Notes: a model not told the origin generated them from the sequence alone. A stretch of DNA of 64,000 nt from Clostridia bacterium (GCA_045638945.1 JAZUCF010000012.1:74086-138085); one strand, 5' to 3'. Positions 1 to 9,460 are shown, counted from the stretch's first letter. Made by a program: numbers and translations.

Positions 1-1
1 A

Positions 2-124
2 ACGGTAAAGAAAATAATTGACCTGAGCGGAATAACAAAAATTATCCCTCATTATAAAAACCGTGAGGAAGCCGAAAGCTCATTTGATAAAATTAATAAC
101 TCTGAAAGGAGAGAAAACAAATGA
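2..124 (+). CDS. spoIIAA: anti-sigma-F antagonist SpoIIAA, C-terminal fragment (5' end outside window)
   Basis: Open frame from the window edge to TGA at 122-124. ATGA overlap with the spoIIAB start. STAS-like tail DLSGITKIIPHYKNREEAE. Operon context spoIIAA-AB-sigF. Confidence 0.6.
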   Translation, partial: TVKKIIDLSGITKIIPHYKNREEAESSFDKINNSERRENK

Positions 125-534
125 ACAATTATCTGAAAGCTGAATTTAGTGCAAAAGGAATTAACGAGGGCTTGGCGAGAATAATAGCGGCAGGATTTAT
201 AATGCCGCTGGACCCTACGCTGGAACAGCTTGCCGATATTAAAACTGCGGTATCTGAGGCCGTTACAAACTCAATTATTCATGGCTATGGTGAGGCAGAG
301 GGAAAAATAATTCTGGAATTTGAAATTAAGAATAGGGTTTTACATATAAAAGTGCAAGATTTCGGTGTGGGAATAGAGGATATAGAGCAGGCAAGAATGC
401 CGATGTTTACATCAAAGCCCGAAAAGGACAGAAGTGGTATGGGCTTTACCGTTATGGAGAGCTTTATGGATTCTCTGCTCGTTATCAGCGAAAAAAATAC
501 GGGAACAACAGTTATTATGACAAAAAAACTATAA
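121..534 (+). CDS. spoIIAB: anti-sigma F factor / serine kinase SpoIIAB
   Basis: 137 aa. HATPase-type motifs (EAVTNSIIHGY, DFGVGI, GMGFTV). Sits directly upstream of sigF. Confidence 0.9.
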   Translation: MNNYLKAEFSAKGINEGLARIIAAGFIMPLDPTLEQLADIKTAVSEAVTNSIIHGYGEAEGKIILEFEIKNRVLHIKVQDFGVGIEDIEQARMPMFTSKPEKDRSGMGFTVMESFMDSLLVISEKNTGTTVIMTKKL

Positions 535-547
535 AGGATGTGCAATA

Positions 548-1270
548 ATGAAAGAAGAATGTTACCGTTTAATTTCATTGGCACAATCCGGAGATAAAGA
601 GTCATTAGAAAGGCTTGTACTTCAAAATAAGGGACTGATATGGTGCGTTGTAAGAAAGTTTTCTGGCAGGGGAATAGAATCCGATGATTTATTTCAAATC
701 GGAGCAATAGGACTCATTAAAGCAATCAATAAATTTGATGCAAGCTTCAATGTAGAATTTTCAACGTATGCGATTCCGATGATTTTAGGTGAAATACGAA
801 GGTTCCTAAGGGATGACGGTATTATAAAAGTAAGCAGGTCGCTAAAAGAAACAGCAACTGCGGCAAAGTCTGCTGCAGAAAAAATAAGCACAGAAAAGGG
901 GAGAGATGCTACCGTAAATGAAATTTCAGACGCAATTGGTAAAACTCCCGACGAGGTTATGCTTTCCCTTGAAGCAACCCAGCCTACGGAGTCCCTTTAC
1001 AAAACAGTTAATGATAGCGAAAGCAGCCCAATTCTTTTAATAGACAAGCTCCATTCTCAAAATCAACAAAATGAGGAGAGATTTTTAACATCAATTGCAT
1101 TAAAGCAGGCAATAGAAAAATTACCCGTTAAGGAAAAGCAGATTCTACTCCTGCGATATTATAAAGAAAAAACGCAAAGCGAGGTCGCACGGATAATGGG
1201 TGTAAGCCAGGTTCAGATATCAAGGATTGAAAAAAAGCTACTTGGCGTTTTAAAGCAAAACATCAGTTGA
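548..1270 (+). CDS. sigF: RNA polymerase sporulation sigma factor F
   Basis: 240 aa sigma-70 family protein with regions 2-4 ([19 protein letters not shown]-terminal HTH TQSEVARIMGVSQVQISRIEKK). Follows spoIIAB. Confidence 0.9.
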   Translation: MKEECYRLISLAQSGDKESLERLVLQNKGLIWCVVRKFSGRGIESDDLFQIGAIGLIKAINKFDASFNVEFSTYAIPMILGEIRRFLRDDGIIKVSRSLKETATAAKSAAEKISTEKGRDATVNEISDAIGKTPDEVMLSLEATQPTESLYKTVNDSESSPILLIDKLHSQNQQNEERFLTSIALKQAIEKLPVKEKQILLLRYYKEKTQSEVARIMGVSQVQISRIEKKLLGVLKQNIS

Positions 1271-2140
1271 TTTATTATAATCTCCGGGGGCTTTTCCCGT
1301 AACACGCTTAAAAGCATAATAAAAATTAGCTGTGTTATTATACCCACATTTGAATGCTATTTCTGATTTTGACATATCCGTTGTTTTAATATATGTAATT
1401 GCTCTTTCCACACGCTTTATAGTAATGTATTCCCAAGGGGAAATTCCGTTAAGCTTTCTGAATTGGCTGCAAAAGTATGTTTTACTCATGTGTGCAACGT
1501 CCGAGAGCATTTCAAGCGTTAATTCATTTTCCAGATGCTCATCAATGTAATTCAGTGCATCCTCCATATACCTGAGTGACTGGCTGCTGTATGAAATATC
1601 CGTCTGCGTAAGATTATCTTCAAAAAATCTGAAAATTTCCACAAGAATATTAATTAAATGTATTTTCAGCATTGTGTCATACTCATTCTTTTTTAAGGAT
1701 ATTTCATTTTCCATTTTGAATATCAGGTTTTTAATTGTTTCTGCACTATCAGATTCAAACACAATTTTATTAAGAGGTTTTTTCTTTCTGTTAAAGAAAA
1801 TTCTTATAAGATCTTTGTTTGAAAATCCGAAATTGTCTGACCAGATAAATCTCGGCTCAAAATGAATGTTTATAAATTCGGAATCCTGATTGAGCTTTTT
1901 TATCCAATGAAATTCATCAGTACTGAAAAAGAATATATCTCCGCTTTTAAATGTGAATTCCGTAGATTTTGTAGCGTATATACCTTCCCCGCTGAGCACC
2001 ATGGTAATTTCAAAGGCTGTATGATGATGTTCCTCAAATATATCTGTCAGGAGCGGAACTTTTGAACGGAATATGGTCATAAGAGAGCTTTCATTTTTGA
2101 AAATTTCTTGTTTTAGAGGAATCTTATTAACTTTTTTCAC
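1250..2140 (-). CDS. AraC family transcriptional regulator (cupin sensor domain plus HTH)
   Basis: 296 aa. N-terminal cupin-like region and C-terminal AraC HTH (AHMSKTYFCSQFRK...GYNNTANFYYAFKR). Divergent from kdgK-eda. Its 3' end overlaps the sigF 3' end by 21 nt. Confidence 0.85.
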   Translation of the reverse strand: MKKVNKIPLKQEIFKNESSLMTIFRSKVPLLTDIFEEHHHTAFEITMVLSGEGIYATKSTEFTFKSGDIFFFSTDEFHWIKKLNQDSEFINIHFEPRFIWSDNFGFSNKDLIRIFFNRKKKPLNKIVFESDSAETIKNLIFKMENEISLKKNEYDTMLKIHLINILVEIFRFFEDNLTQTDISYSSQSLRYMEDALNYIDEHLENELTLEMLSDVAHMSKTYFCSQFRKLNGISPWEYITIKRVERAITYIKTTDMSKSEIAFKCGYNNTANFYYAFKRVTGKAPGDYNKSTDVLL

Positions 2141-2197
2141 AAAAATTCTCCTTTTTTGAAAATCGTAATATATTTGATATTTAACAAAATATAATTG

Positions 2198-2226
2198 TTG
2201 ACTGGAATACTTCCAAATGCTATTAT
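2198..2226 (+). promoter_or_regulatory. putative sigma-A promoter of kdgK-eda
   Basis: TTGACT (2198-2203), 17-nt spacer ending in TGC (extended -10), then TATTAT (2221-2226). Confidence 0.5.
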
Positions 2227-2236
2227 ATAATTAAGA

Positions 2237-2249
2237 TGACAAATTGTCA
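2237..2249. promoter_or_regulatory. 13-bp palindrome TGACAA-A-TTGTCA just downstream of the kdgK -10 element (candidate operator)
   Basis: Perfect 6-1-6 inverted repeat lying over the predicted transcription start. Confidence 0.3.
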
Positions 2250-2281
2250 AATATATTATGATTTTCAAAGGAGAGGTTAAA

Positions 2282-3313
2282 ATGGCAAAGGTAGTTACTA
2301 TGGGCGAAATCATGCTTCGTCTCTCAACTCCCAACAATGAAAGATTTTTGCAGGCAGACGAATTTGATGTTTGCTACGGCGGAGGAGAGGCAAACGTTGC
2401 AGTTTCTCTCGCAAATTACGGACACGATGCAGAGTTTGTTACAAAAGTTCCATCTAACCCCATTGGTGAATGTGCAGTAGCTGCTCTTCGTAAAATGAAT
2501 GTAAAAACAGATAATATTGCTCGCGGCGGTGAAAGACTCGGAATTTATTTCCTTGAAACAGGTGCTTCTATGCGTGCATCCAACGTTGTGTACGATAGAG
2601 CTCATTCTTCTATTTCAACTGCTGTAGCAGAAGATTTCGACTTTGATAAGATTTTTGACGGTTGTGATTGGTTCCACTTTACAGGCATCACTCCCGCTGT
2701 TTCAGATCAGGCTGCAGAACTTACAGAGGTAGCTCTTAAAGCTGCTAAAGCCAAGGGTGTTAAAGTTTCCTGTGACCTTAACTTCAGAAAGAAGCTCTGG
2801 TCAAGCGAAAAGGCTCAGCGTATTATGACAAATCTTATGCAGTATGTTGATGTTTGTATCGGAAATGAAGAAGATGCAGAAAAGGTTCTCGGCTTTAAGC
2901 CCGGCGATACAGATGTTACAAGCGGTGAGCTTGAGCTTGCAGGCTACAAGAGCATATTTGAGCAGATGGTTGAAAAGTTTAATTTTGAATATGTAATTTC
3001 CTCACTTCGTGTTTCTCATTCTGCTTCAGATAATGGTTGGTCTGCTTGTATCTACTCAAGAGATACAAAGGAATTCTATCATTCCAGAGAATATAGAATC
3101 TGCCCCAGCGTTGACCGTGTAGGCGGCGGTGACAGCTTCGCAGGCGGTGTAATCTGCGGTATGCTTGACGGAAAGAACTTCAAGGATGCTCTTGAATTCG
3201 GTGTTGCTGCATCAGCTCTTAAGCACACAATTCCCGGCGATATGAACCTTGTTACCCGTGCAGAAGTTGACAACCTTGTAGGCGGCGACGGCAGCGGCCG
3301 TGTACAGAGATAA
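2282..3313 (+). CDS. kdgK: 2-dehydro-3-deoxygluconokinase (PfkB family sugar kinase)
   Basis: PfkB kinase motifs (GGGEANVAVSLA near the N-terminus, GGGDSFAGG near the C-terminus). ATG at 2282 lies behind the GGAGAGG RBS. Adjacent to eda. Confidence 0.85.
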   Translation: MAKVVTMGEIMLRLSTPNNERFLQADEFDVCYGGGEANVAVSLANYGHDAEFVTKVPSNPIGECAVAALRKMNVKTDNIARGGERLGIYFLETGASMRASNVVYDRAHSSISTAVAEDFDFDKIFDGCDWFHFTGITPAVSDQAAELTEVALKAAKAKGVKVSCDLNFRKKLWSSEKAQRIMTNLMQYVDVCIGNEEDAEKVLGFKPGDTDVTSGELELAGYKSIFEQMVEKFNFEYVISSLRVSHSASDNGWSACIYSRDTKEFYHSREYRICPSVDRVGGGDSFAGGVICGMLDGKNFKDALEFGVAASALKHTIPGDMNLVTRAEVDNLVGGDGSGRVQR

Positions 3314-3337
3314 TCAGGGAAAGGAAGATAATAAACA

Positions 3338-4303
3338 ATGGGTATGTTAAAACAGATTTATAACATCGGTATTATTCCGGTAATAAAGATTAATGATGCA
3401 TCCAAGGCTGTACCGCTTGCGAAAGCTCTTATTGACGGCGGTCTTGCAGCAGCTGAAGTTACATTCAGAACAGATGCGGCTGAAGATGCAATCCGTGCAA
3501 TCACAAAGGCTTATCCCGATATGGTTGTAGGTGCAGGTACTGTTCTCACAATTGAGCAGGCACAGAGAGCGCTTGATGCAGGTGCTAAGTTTATTGTAAG
3601 CCCCGGTTTCAATCCTAAGGTTGTGTCATGGTGTCTTGAAAAGGGTGTAACACCGCTTCCCGGTTGTACAACTCCCTCTGAAATTGAGCAGGCGCTTGAG
3701 CTTGGTCTTAAGGTTGTAAAATTCTTCCCCGCAGAGCAGAGCGGCGGGCTTGATAAGATTAAGGCTATGTCAGCACCCTACGGCAACGTTAAGTTTATGC
3801 CCACAGGCGGTGTTAGCCTTGATAACGTTAATAATTACCTCGGCTGCAATAAAATTATTGCTTGCGGCGGTAGCTTCATGGTAAAAGAAAGCTTTATTGA
3901 TAATGACCAGTGGGATGAGATTACAAATCTTACCAAGAAATCCGTAAGCACAATGCTTGGCCTTGAAATAGGTCATATTGGTATCAACCATGAAAATGAG
4001 GAGCAGGCAAAGAATACTGCAAATATGCTTTCTCTCCTTATGGGTAAGGATATTGAAAAAGAAAGTGCAAAGGGTATGTTCGTTGGTACTCAGTTTGAAG
4101 TAATGAAGTCAATGGGTCCCGGAAAGTGCGGTCACATTGCAATTCTTACCAATAACGTTGAAAGAGCTATTTACCACCTTGGTGCAAAGGGTGTTAAGTT
4201 CAACGAAGAAAGTGCTACATATAATGACGATGGAACAAGAAAATTCATCTATCTTGCAGAAGAATTTGGCGGTTTCGGAGTTCACCTTATGCAGAAAAAG
4301 TAA
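3338..4303 (+). CDS. eda: KDPG/KHG aldolase (Eda) with about 110-aa C-terminal VOC/glyoxalase-like extension
   Basis: The N-terminal ~205 aa are Eda-like, with the Schiff-base lysine context VKFFPAE. The C-terminal part (IGHIGINHENEE...GHIAILTNN...GVHLMQ) looks like a single VOC module. Confidence 0.8.
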   Translation: MGMLKQIYNIGIIPVIKINDASKAVPLAKALIDGGLAAAEVTFRTDAAEDAIRAITKAYPDMVVGAGTVLTIEQAQRALDAGAKFIVSPGFNPKVVSWCLEKGVTPLPGCTTPSEIEQALELGLKVVKFFPAEQSGGLDKIKAMSAPYGNVKFMPTGGVSLDNVNNYLGCNKIIACGGSFMVKESFIDNDQWDEITNLTKKSVSTMLGLEIGHIGINHENEEQAKNTANMLSLLMGKDIEKESAKGMFVGTQFEVMKSMGPGKCGHIAILTNNVERAIYHLGAKGVKFNEESATYNDDGTRKFIYLAEEFGGFGVHLMQKK

Positions 4304-4320
4304 AACTGAAACATAAAAAA

Positions 4321-4354
4321 ACAGACAAGCAATATGTTGCTTGTCTGTTTTTTC
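4321..4354 (+). terminator. intrinsic terminator after eda
   Basis: ACAGACAAGCAA-tatg-TTGCTTGTCTGT stem followed by TTTTTC. Confidence 0.8.
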
Positions 4355-4388
4355 GTTTCACAAAAAAATGCTGTATTGAATATGATAA

Positions 4389-4410
4389 ATAGCGGGGAAT
4401 TCCCCGCTAT
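4389..4410. repeat. perfect 22-bp palindrome ATAGCGGGGAATTCCCCGCTAT in the cotJ leader
   Basis: Read directly from the sequence. Lies 29 nt upstream of the cotJA ATG. No T-run on either side. Confidence 0.6.
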
Positions 4411-4438
4411 AACGTTAATGAAAGGAAGAAAATACAGC

Positions 4439-4669
4439 ATGAAAGACTTGCTTAATATGCAATTTATTCCGCTTGAAGAAACAGCATCCTGCGGAATTTA
4501 TGATAATTACCCGCTTGCTTATGCTTACGTTCCGTATCAGAAGTACGAAACCCCATACAGCAAGGAAAAAGCATTAGAACGCGGAACAGCGTTTGCGTCT
4601 TTAGATAAGCCTTTAGGCGTCTACGGAAAAGAATTCAACACAAAAGAGGGGGCGAGGAAATTATGGTAG
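4439..4669 (+). CDS. cotJA: spore coat-associated protein CotJA
   Basis: 76 aa starting at the ATG behind the AGGAAG RBS. The longer ORF from 4334 would run through the eda terminator. Conserved LAYAYVPYQ motif. Followed by cotJB and cotJC. Confidence 0.75.
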   Translation: MKDLLNMQFIPLEETASCGIYDNYPLAYAYVPYQKYETPYSKEKALERGTAFASLDKPLGVYGKEFNTKEGARKLW

Positions 4670-4926
4670 AATGTAACGACAGACGCGACCTTTTAAAGAA
4701 GGTGCAGGAGGCAGATTTCCTTGCACTTGACCTGCAGCTTTATCTTAACACACATCCAAATTGTGAACGTGTCCTCAAGCTTTATACTGAAACCGTTCGC
4801 AAAGCTAAAACGCTCAGAAAAGAATTTGAGGAAAAATACGGACCGTTAACTGCAACCGAAACTCCGAACAAGCTTCCGTGGCAATGGTCAAAGAACCCTT
4901 GGACTTGGGAAAAAGAAAGGAGTTAA
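4663..4926 (+). CDS. cotJB: spore coat protein CotJB
   Basis: 87 aa. Typical FLALDLQLYLNTHP motif. Overlaps the end of cotJA. Confidence 0.85.
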   Translation: MVECNDRRDLLKKVQEADFLALDLQLYLNTHPNCERVLKLYTETVRKAKTLRKEFEEKYGPLTATETPNKLPWQWSKNPWTWEKERS

Positions 4927-4929
4927 ATT

Positions 4930-5499
4930 ATGTGGATATATGAAAAAAAGTTACAGTTTCCGATTAAAATTAAAAACCCAAACCCTAAAATGGCACAGGT
5001 TATCCTAAGCCAGTACGGTGGTCCCGACGGGGAATTAGGGGCATCACTTCGCTATCTCAGCCAACGTTTTTCCATGCCTAATGAAATTTGTAAGGCTACA
5101 CTTAATGATATAGGTACAGAGGAACTGGCACACCTTGAGATGATTGGTACGATTGTGTATCAGTTAACACGAAATCTCACTCCCGAAGAAATTAAAGCGT
5201 CGGGCTTTGATAAATATTATGTAGATCATAATACCGGTATTTATCCTGCATCAGCCGCAGGTGTACCCTGGACAGCGGCATATATTCAGTCAAAAGCTGA
5301 TGTAATCGCCGACCTGACAGAAGACCTTGCAGCAGAGCAAAAGGCGAGAGCGACTTACGACAATATACTCCGCCTTGCAGATGACCCCGACGTTATAGAA
5401 CCCATTAAATTCCTGAGAGAGAGAGAAGTTGTTCACTTCCAGCGTTTCGGTGAAGCACTCCGCAGTGTTCAGGACATGAGCGACAGAAAATATTTTTAA
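4930..5499 (+). CDS. cotJC: spore coat protein CotJC (manganese catalase family)
   Basis: 189 aa ferritin-like Mn-catalase fold (GGPDGELGASLRYLSQ, EELAHLEMIG). Confidence 0.9.
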   Translation: MWIYEKKLQFPIKIKNPNPKMAQVILSQYGGPDGELGASLRYLSQRFSMPNEICKATLNDIGTEELAHLEMIGTIVYQLTRNLTPEEIKASGFDKYYVDHNTGIYPASAAGVPWTAAYIQSKADVIADLTEDLAAEQKARATYDNILRLADDPDVIEPIKFLREREVVHFQRFGEALRSVQDMSDRKYF

Positions 5500-5515
5500 A
5501 ATATATTAATCCCAT

Positions 5516-5550
5516 AATTAAAGCCAATCGTTTGTCGGTTGGCTTTAATT
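5516..5550 (+). terminator. intrinsic terminator after cotJC
   Basis: 15-bp stem AATTAAAGCCAATCG / CGGTTGGCTTTAATT followed by a T-rich tail. Confidence 0.7.
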
Positions 5551-5566
5551 ATTCTTTATACATTCC

Positions 5567-5596
5567 TTGACAAAATATGTAAGAATATAATATAAT
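5567..5596 (+). promoter_or_regulatory. putative sigma-A promoter
   Basis: TTGACA (5567-5572), 18-nt spacer, TATAAT (5591-5596). Lies upstream of the 5636 gene. Confidence 0.5.
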
Positions 5597-5635
5597 TATC
5601 TTATAAAGAACTAAAATAAGAGGGAGGAACAGATT

Positions 5636-7489
5636 ATGTTTTGTGAAAATTGCGGAAGATTATTAAATGAAAGTGATAAATTCTGCCAATCGTGCGGGAA
5701 GCGCGTGAATCGCACTGAAACTCCATTAGTTGAGACCACAAATATTAAATCAGAACCTTTAGACGAAAATATGAGCGTTCAAGAGTCGGTTGCAGTGCAA
5801 GAACTTTTGGAAAATACTGAGTCTTTACCTACTCTTAAATCTCGCAAGAAATGGCTTAGACCTGTTATAATTGCCGCAGTGCTAATACTGTTGTCGTCCA
5901 TAATAGCATATGCTGCTCCCGTCATCAAAAACATGGCGCAAAAGCTCTATTATTCTCCTGAAGACTACTTTAAAGTTGTTGTTAAACGTGAAATAAAGGA
6001 ATCCACTGATGAAATCGGTGCCACCTTATCAGCTATTTCTGACTCAAATTCGATTTTTGGTGATGCAAAGGAAAGGTTCGAAATAACACTTCAGGCAGGA
6101 GATGCATTTTATGACATTCTTGAGGCTGTCAACGAGGATGATTCAGATGAAATTGCAGATAAGATAGATTGGATTAAAAAAATAACATTGTCGGGAGAAG
6201 CTTCCAGAGTTGGAACAGATATCAGTTCAGATATGAAAGCTTCTATAAACGGAAAGAAAATTCTTTCCCTAAATACAGTAGTTGATAATAGCGGAATTTA
6301 CCTTGATATCCCTGAAATTAATAACAAAGCAATTAAGATTGAGTTTGACAGTAACGATTACTATAACAATCCTTTTTATGCTTATAAGGCGTTTATGGAT
6401 TCGTCCGAGCTTCAAACACTTTGTGAAATTTTTGAACTTATTCCCGACAAGGAAATAATACAAAATCTGCTCTATAAATACATTTGCACCGCTATCGACA
6501 GTGTGGACACTGTATCTGAAGATACAGAAAAGCTAAAGGCGGGCGATAATAAACAAAGCTGCACAAAGCTTTCCGTATCTGTAAACGAAGAACTTCTCAG
6601 AAAAATGCTTATTGCATTTATGAAAGAAGTAAGGACAGATAACGAAGTAAAGAGCATCATCAGAGATTTCTGCGAATTGGACGCAGTGGATGCTGATTTT
6701 GAAAGTGTATATTCGGAAATGATTTCCGGAATTGATGAAATTATTCATGAAGCCGAAAACACCCAGGGTGATAGGGAAGAACTCGTCCGCTTTAATGTTT
6801 GGGTAAATAATGCAGGAGACTTAGTTGGTTTCGGACTTGAGAAGGACGGAGTTTCTTTTTCATCAATCTCTTTGGAGTCAGGGAAAGATTATTCAATGAA
6901 AATTAATGCAGGTGCAGGCTTTTTAAGCTCCGTAAGCCTTGAAGGTAACGGAAGAGTTTCAGGAGATAAAAAGGCAGGAACGTTTTACATAACTGCCGCA
7001 GGGAACAAGCTTGCAAAAATTGCTTCAGAATATAATACAAAAGATTCCAAAAACGGAATTTTTAACGGCAAAATCAGTCTTGAGCTTACAGACTTCGTAA
7101 AGGAGCAAGTAAAGAGCATGGTTTCGGGAGAAATTGCATCTATGGTGTCTGACTTGAAACTGACTCTTGAATTCAACACAAAACCCGGGGAATCAGAATA
7201 TGCATCAGTTAAGTTGACTAAGGGCAGTGAACTTTGCTATTTGGCAAGTGCAAAATCGCAATTACAATCCCCCTCTGAAAAAATTGATATTCCTCAGAAT
7301 TACATTTCCGTAGGCGAAGAAAGTAAAATGCTTGATTGGTTATCCGGTTTAAATCTTAATAAATTAAATAAAAATCTGAAATCTGCAGGAGCGCCTCGCG
7401 AAATAACTGACGCTATCACGCAGGCAGATGAAGAACTTCAATATTACTTACAACCTGAAACGGATATTTATGACGAATACGGCTATTAA
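5636..7489 (+). CDS. zinc-ribbon domain membrane protein with large extracytoplasmic domain, function unknown
   Basis: 617 aa. N-terminal CxxC-x12-CxxC ribbon (CENCGRLLNESDKFCQSCG), one TM helix (PVIIAAVLILLSSIIAYAAPV), then ~520 aa with no motif I recognise. Confidence 0.7.
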   Translation: MFCENCGRLLNESDKFCQSCGKRVNRTETPLVETTNIKSEPLDENMSVQESVAVQELLENTESLPTLKSRKKWLRPVIIAAVLILLSSIIAYAAPVIKNMAQKLYYSPEDYFKVVVKREIKESTDEIGATLSAISDSNSIFGDAKERFEITLQAGDAFYDILEAVNEDDSDEIADKIDWIKKITLSGEASRVGTDISSDMKASINGKKILSLNTVVDNSGIYLDIPEINNKAIKIEFDSNDYYNNPFYAYKAFMDSSELQTLCEIFELIPDKEIIQNLLYKYICTAIDSVDTVSEDTEKLKAGDNKQSCTKLSVSVNEELLRKMLIAFMKEVRTDNEVKSIIRDFCELDAVDADFESVYSEMISGIDEIIHEAENTQGDREELVRFNVWVNNAGDLVGFGLEKDGVSFSSISLESGKDYSMKINAGAGFLSSVSLEGNGRVSGDKKAGTFYITAAGNKLAKIASEYNTKDSKNGIFNGKISLELTDFVKEQVKSMVSGEIASMVSDLKLTLEFNTKPGESEYASVKLTKGSELCYLASAKSQLQSPSEKIDIPQNYISVGEESKMLDWLSGLNLNKLNKNLKSAGAPREITDAITQADEELQYYLQPETDIYDEYGY

Positions 7490-7497
7490 TGTTGTTA

Positions 7498-7531
7498 AAA
7501 GGCTGAGTTGCGTGTAAAGCACTCAGCCTTT
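7498..7531 (+). terminator. intrinsic terminator after the zinc-ribbon membrane protein gene
   Basis: GGCTGAGT ... ACTCAGCC stem flanked by an A-run and a T-run. Confidence 0.6.
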
Positions 7532-7549
7532 ACAAAAGGATTGATTGTT

Positions 7550-8215
7550 ATGATTACCATTGAACATATTAAAAAGAACTATAAAAAAACCAACGTACTG
7601 ACAGATGTTTGCTTTGAAACATCCGAGGGCAAATGTATAGGTATTTTAGGCAGTAACGGAAGCGGTAAATCTACCTTGTTCAGTATTCTTGCAGGGGTAC
7701 TGAAAGCCGATGGAGGAAGCTTCACGTACAATGGGATAGATATGCTGTCAAATGAAAAGGAACGCAGCAAGATTCTGGGTTATGTGCCTCAAAGCACGCC
7801 TCTTTTTGAGGAATTGACCGCTATTGATAATTTACGGTTGTGGTATTCTAAAGGTGACCTTCAATATCAGCTTGACGACGGAGTCCTTGCAATGCTTGGT
7901 GTTACCTCTTTTATAAACACACCTGTTTATAAAATGTCGGGCGGAATGAAAAAACGACTTGCAATCGGTTGTGCCGTTGCACACAAACCAAAAATTCTTC
8001 TGCTCGATGAGCCTTCTGCGGCTCTTGACCTTGTTTGTAAGGAGAGAATTTCAAACTATCTACTTGAATATAAAGAAAAAGGCGGAACTATTCTATTAGC
8101 TACGCACGATATTCAGGAAATCCCACTTTGCGACAAGCTGTACATATTAAAAGAGGGTGTATTGCATCCATATCAATATGACGGAAACGTTCACAGATTG
8201 GCAGGTAATTTATAA
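7550..8215 (+). CDS. ABC transporter ATP-binding protein
   Basis: Walker A GSNGSGKST, signature MSGGMKKRL, Walker B ILLLDEPSAALD. Start moved to ATG 7550 because the longer ORF crosses the upstream terminator. Confidence 0.85.
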   Translation: MITIEHIKKNYKKTNVLTDVCFETSEGKCIGILGSNGSGKSTLFSILAGVLKADGGSFTYNGIDMLSNEKERSKILGYVPQSTPLFEELTAIDNLRLWYSKGDLQYQLDDGVLAMLGVTSFINTPVYKMSGGMKKRLAIGCAVAHKPKILLLDEPSAALDLVCKERISNYLLEYKEKGGTILLATHDIQEIPLCDKLYILKEGVLHPYQYDGNVHRLAGNL

Positions 8216-8218
8216 GCT

Positions 8219-9460
8219 ATGAATAAAGGCGTATTTTTCAAACTGCATTTAAAAAGGGCTTTTAAAATATATCCGGCAATTTTGCTCATAACCGTTCTTA
8301 CTGTGGCGGCTATCGTAGTGGCGGCAGCAGGGCTGATTTCAGATACACAAAACGGCGAAACCAAGCAGAAAATTTCGGTGGCAATAGTTGGAGATATTAA
8401 AGATACCCATTTTGGAATAGGTATTAATTTGCTGGAAAACTTTGATAGTTCCCGTTTCTTTGTAGAATTTCCGCGTATGACGGAAAAAGAAGCAATCACT
8501 GCTTTGAAAAAAGGAGAAATCAAAGGGTATGTATATATTCCCAAAGAATTTGTAAGAGGGGTCTATTACGGTGACAATATACCCGCAAAATACGTAATAT
8601 CAGATGCCCCAGAAGGTTTCGGAACAGCAATCTCAGGAGAGGTCTTAAAAGTTGTTTCCAACTTAGTCGTCGAAACACAAAATGGGAGCTACAGCCTGCG
8701 TGATGTTGCAAAAAAAATCAAACAAACAAAAGGCATAGGCAAAAAAGTTAATGATATGAACTTCTCTTACATAGAGTTTGTTCTCTCCAGAGATACTGCG
8801 ATTGAAACGCAATTTGTAGGAGTGGCAGATTCAATTTCCTTAAGCGGTTATTATGTTTGCGGTATTATAACCTTTTTTCTCTTGATTTGGGGAATATCCT
8901 GTAATAAACTTTTATCTGGACGCAATCTTGCTTTATCGCGTTCTCTGCAATCATCAGGACTAAAGATTTCTCTCCAGATGCTGGCTGAATACATTTCTTT
9001 TTTATGTATTACATTTTTAACTTTGTTGCTTTTTGCATCGCTGATAGGTGTTGTAACTACAGACAATAGCTTCGGAGTTAAAGAGTTTAATAATAATTCC
9101 GTTTTTAGTTGCGTTGCCTTTGTTTTTCTCATGCTTCCCGTTATTATCATGTTTACCGCAATGCACAAAGCACTGTATGAACTCTTCCCAAATTCTGTGA
9201 GCAGCATAATTGTACAGTTTCTTATTGCCGTTGGTTTAGGGTATATATCAGGATGTTTCTATCCTATATATTTCTTTCCTGATGCCGTTCAGAAAATCTC
9301 AATATTTCTGCCGTCAGGTGCAGGTTTTTCCTACTTGCGTAAGCTTATGTCACATACTGTAGGTTGGGAAGATTTTATAATTGTTTCTTTATATACGCTT
9401 TTATTTGCAATTGCGGCTTATTATAAAAGAAAAAAGGATATGAGAGGGGAGAGTATATGA
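8219..9460 (+). CDS. ABC-2 type transporter permease
   Basis: 413 aa. N-terminal TM helix, ~170-aa external loop, then five C-terminal TM helices. Tightly linked to the ATPase gene. Confidence 0.7.
   Translation: MNKGVFFKLHLKRAFKIYPAILLITVLTVAAIVVAAAGLISDTQNGETKQKISVAIVGDIKDTHFGIGINLLENFDSSRFFVEFPRMTEKEAITALKKGEIKGYVYIPKEFVRGVYYGDNIPAKYVISDAPEGFGTAISGEVLKVVSNLVVETQNGSYSLRDVAKKIKQTKGIGKKVNDMNFSYIEFVLSRDTAIETQFVGVADSISLSGYYVCGIITFFLLIWGISCNKLLSGRNLALSRSLQSSGLKISLQMLAEYISFLCITFLTLLLFASLIGVVTTDNSFGVKEFNNNSVFSCVAFVFLMLPVIIMFTAMHKALYELFPNSVSSIIVQFLIAVGLGYISGCFYPIYFFPDAVQKISIFLPSGAGFSYLRKLMSHTVGWEDFIIVSLYTLLFAIAAYYKRKKDMRGESI

Noticed and set aside
4334-4438. Longer CotJA start at 4334 from the ORF track
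   Set aside because: The first 35 codons would run through the eda terminator stem and the 22-bp palindrome. The ATG at 4439 has a proper RBS and gives a CotJA-sized protein.
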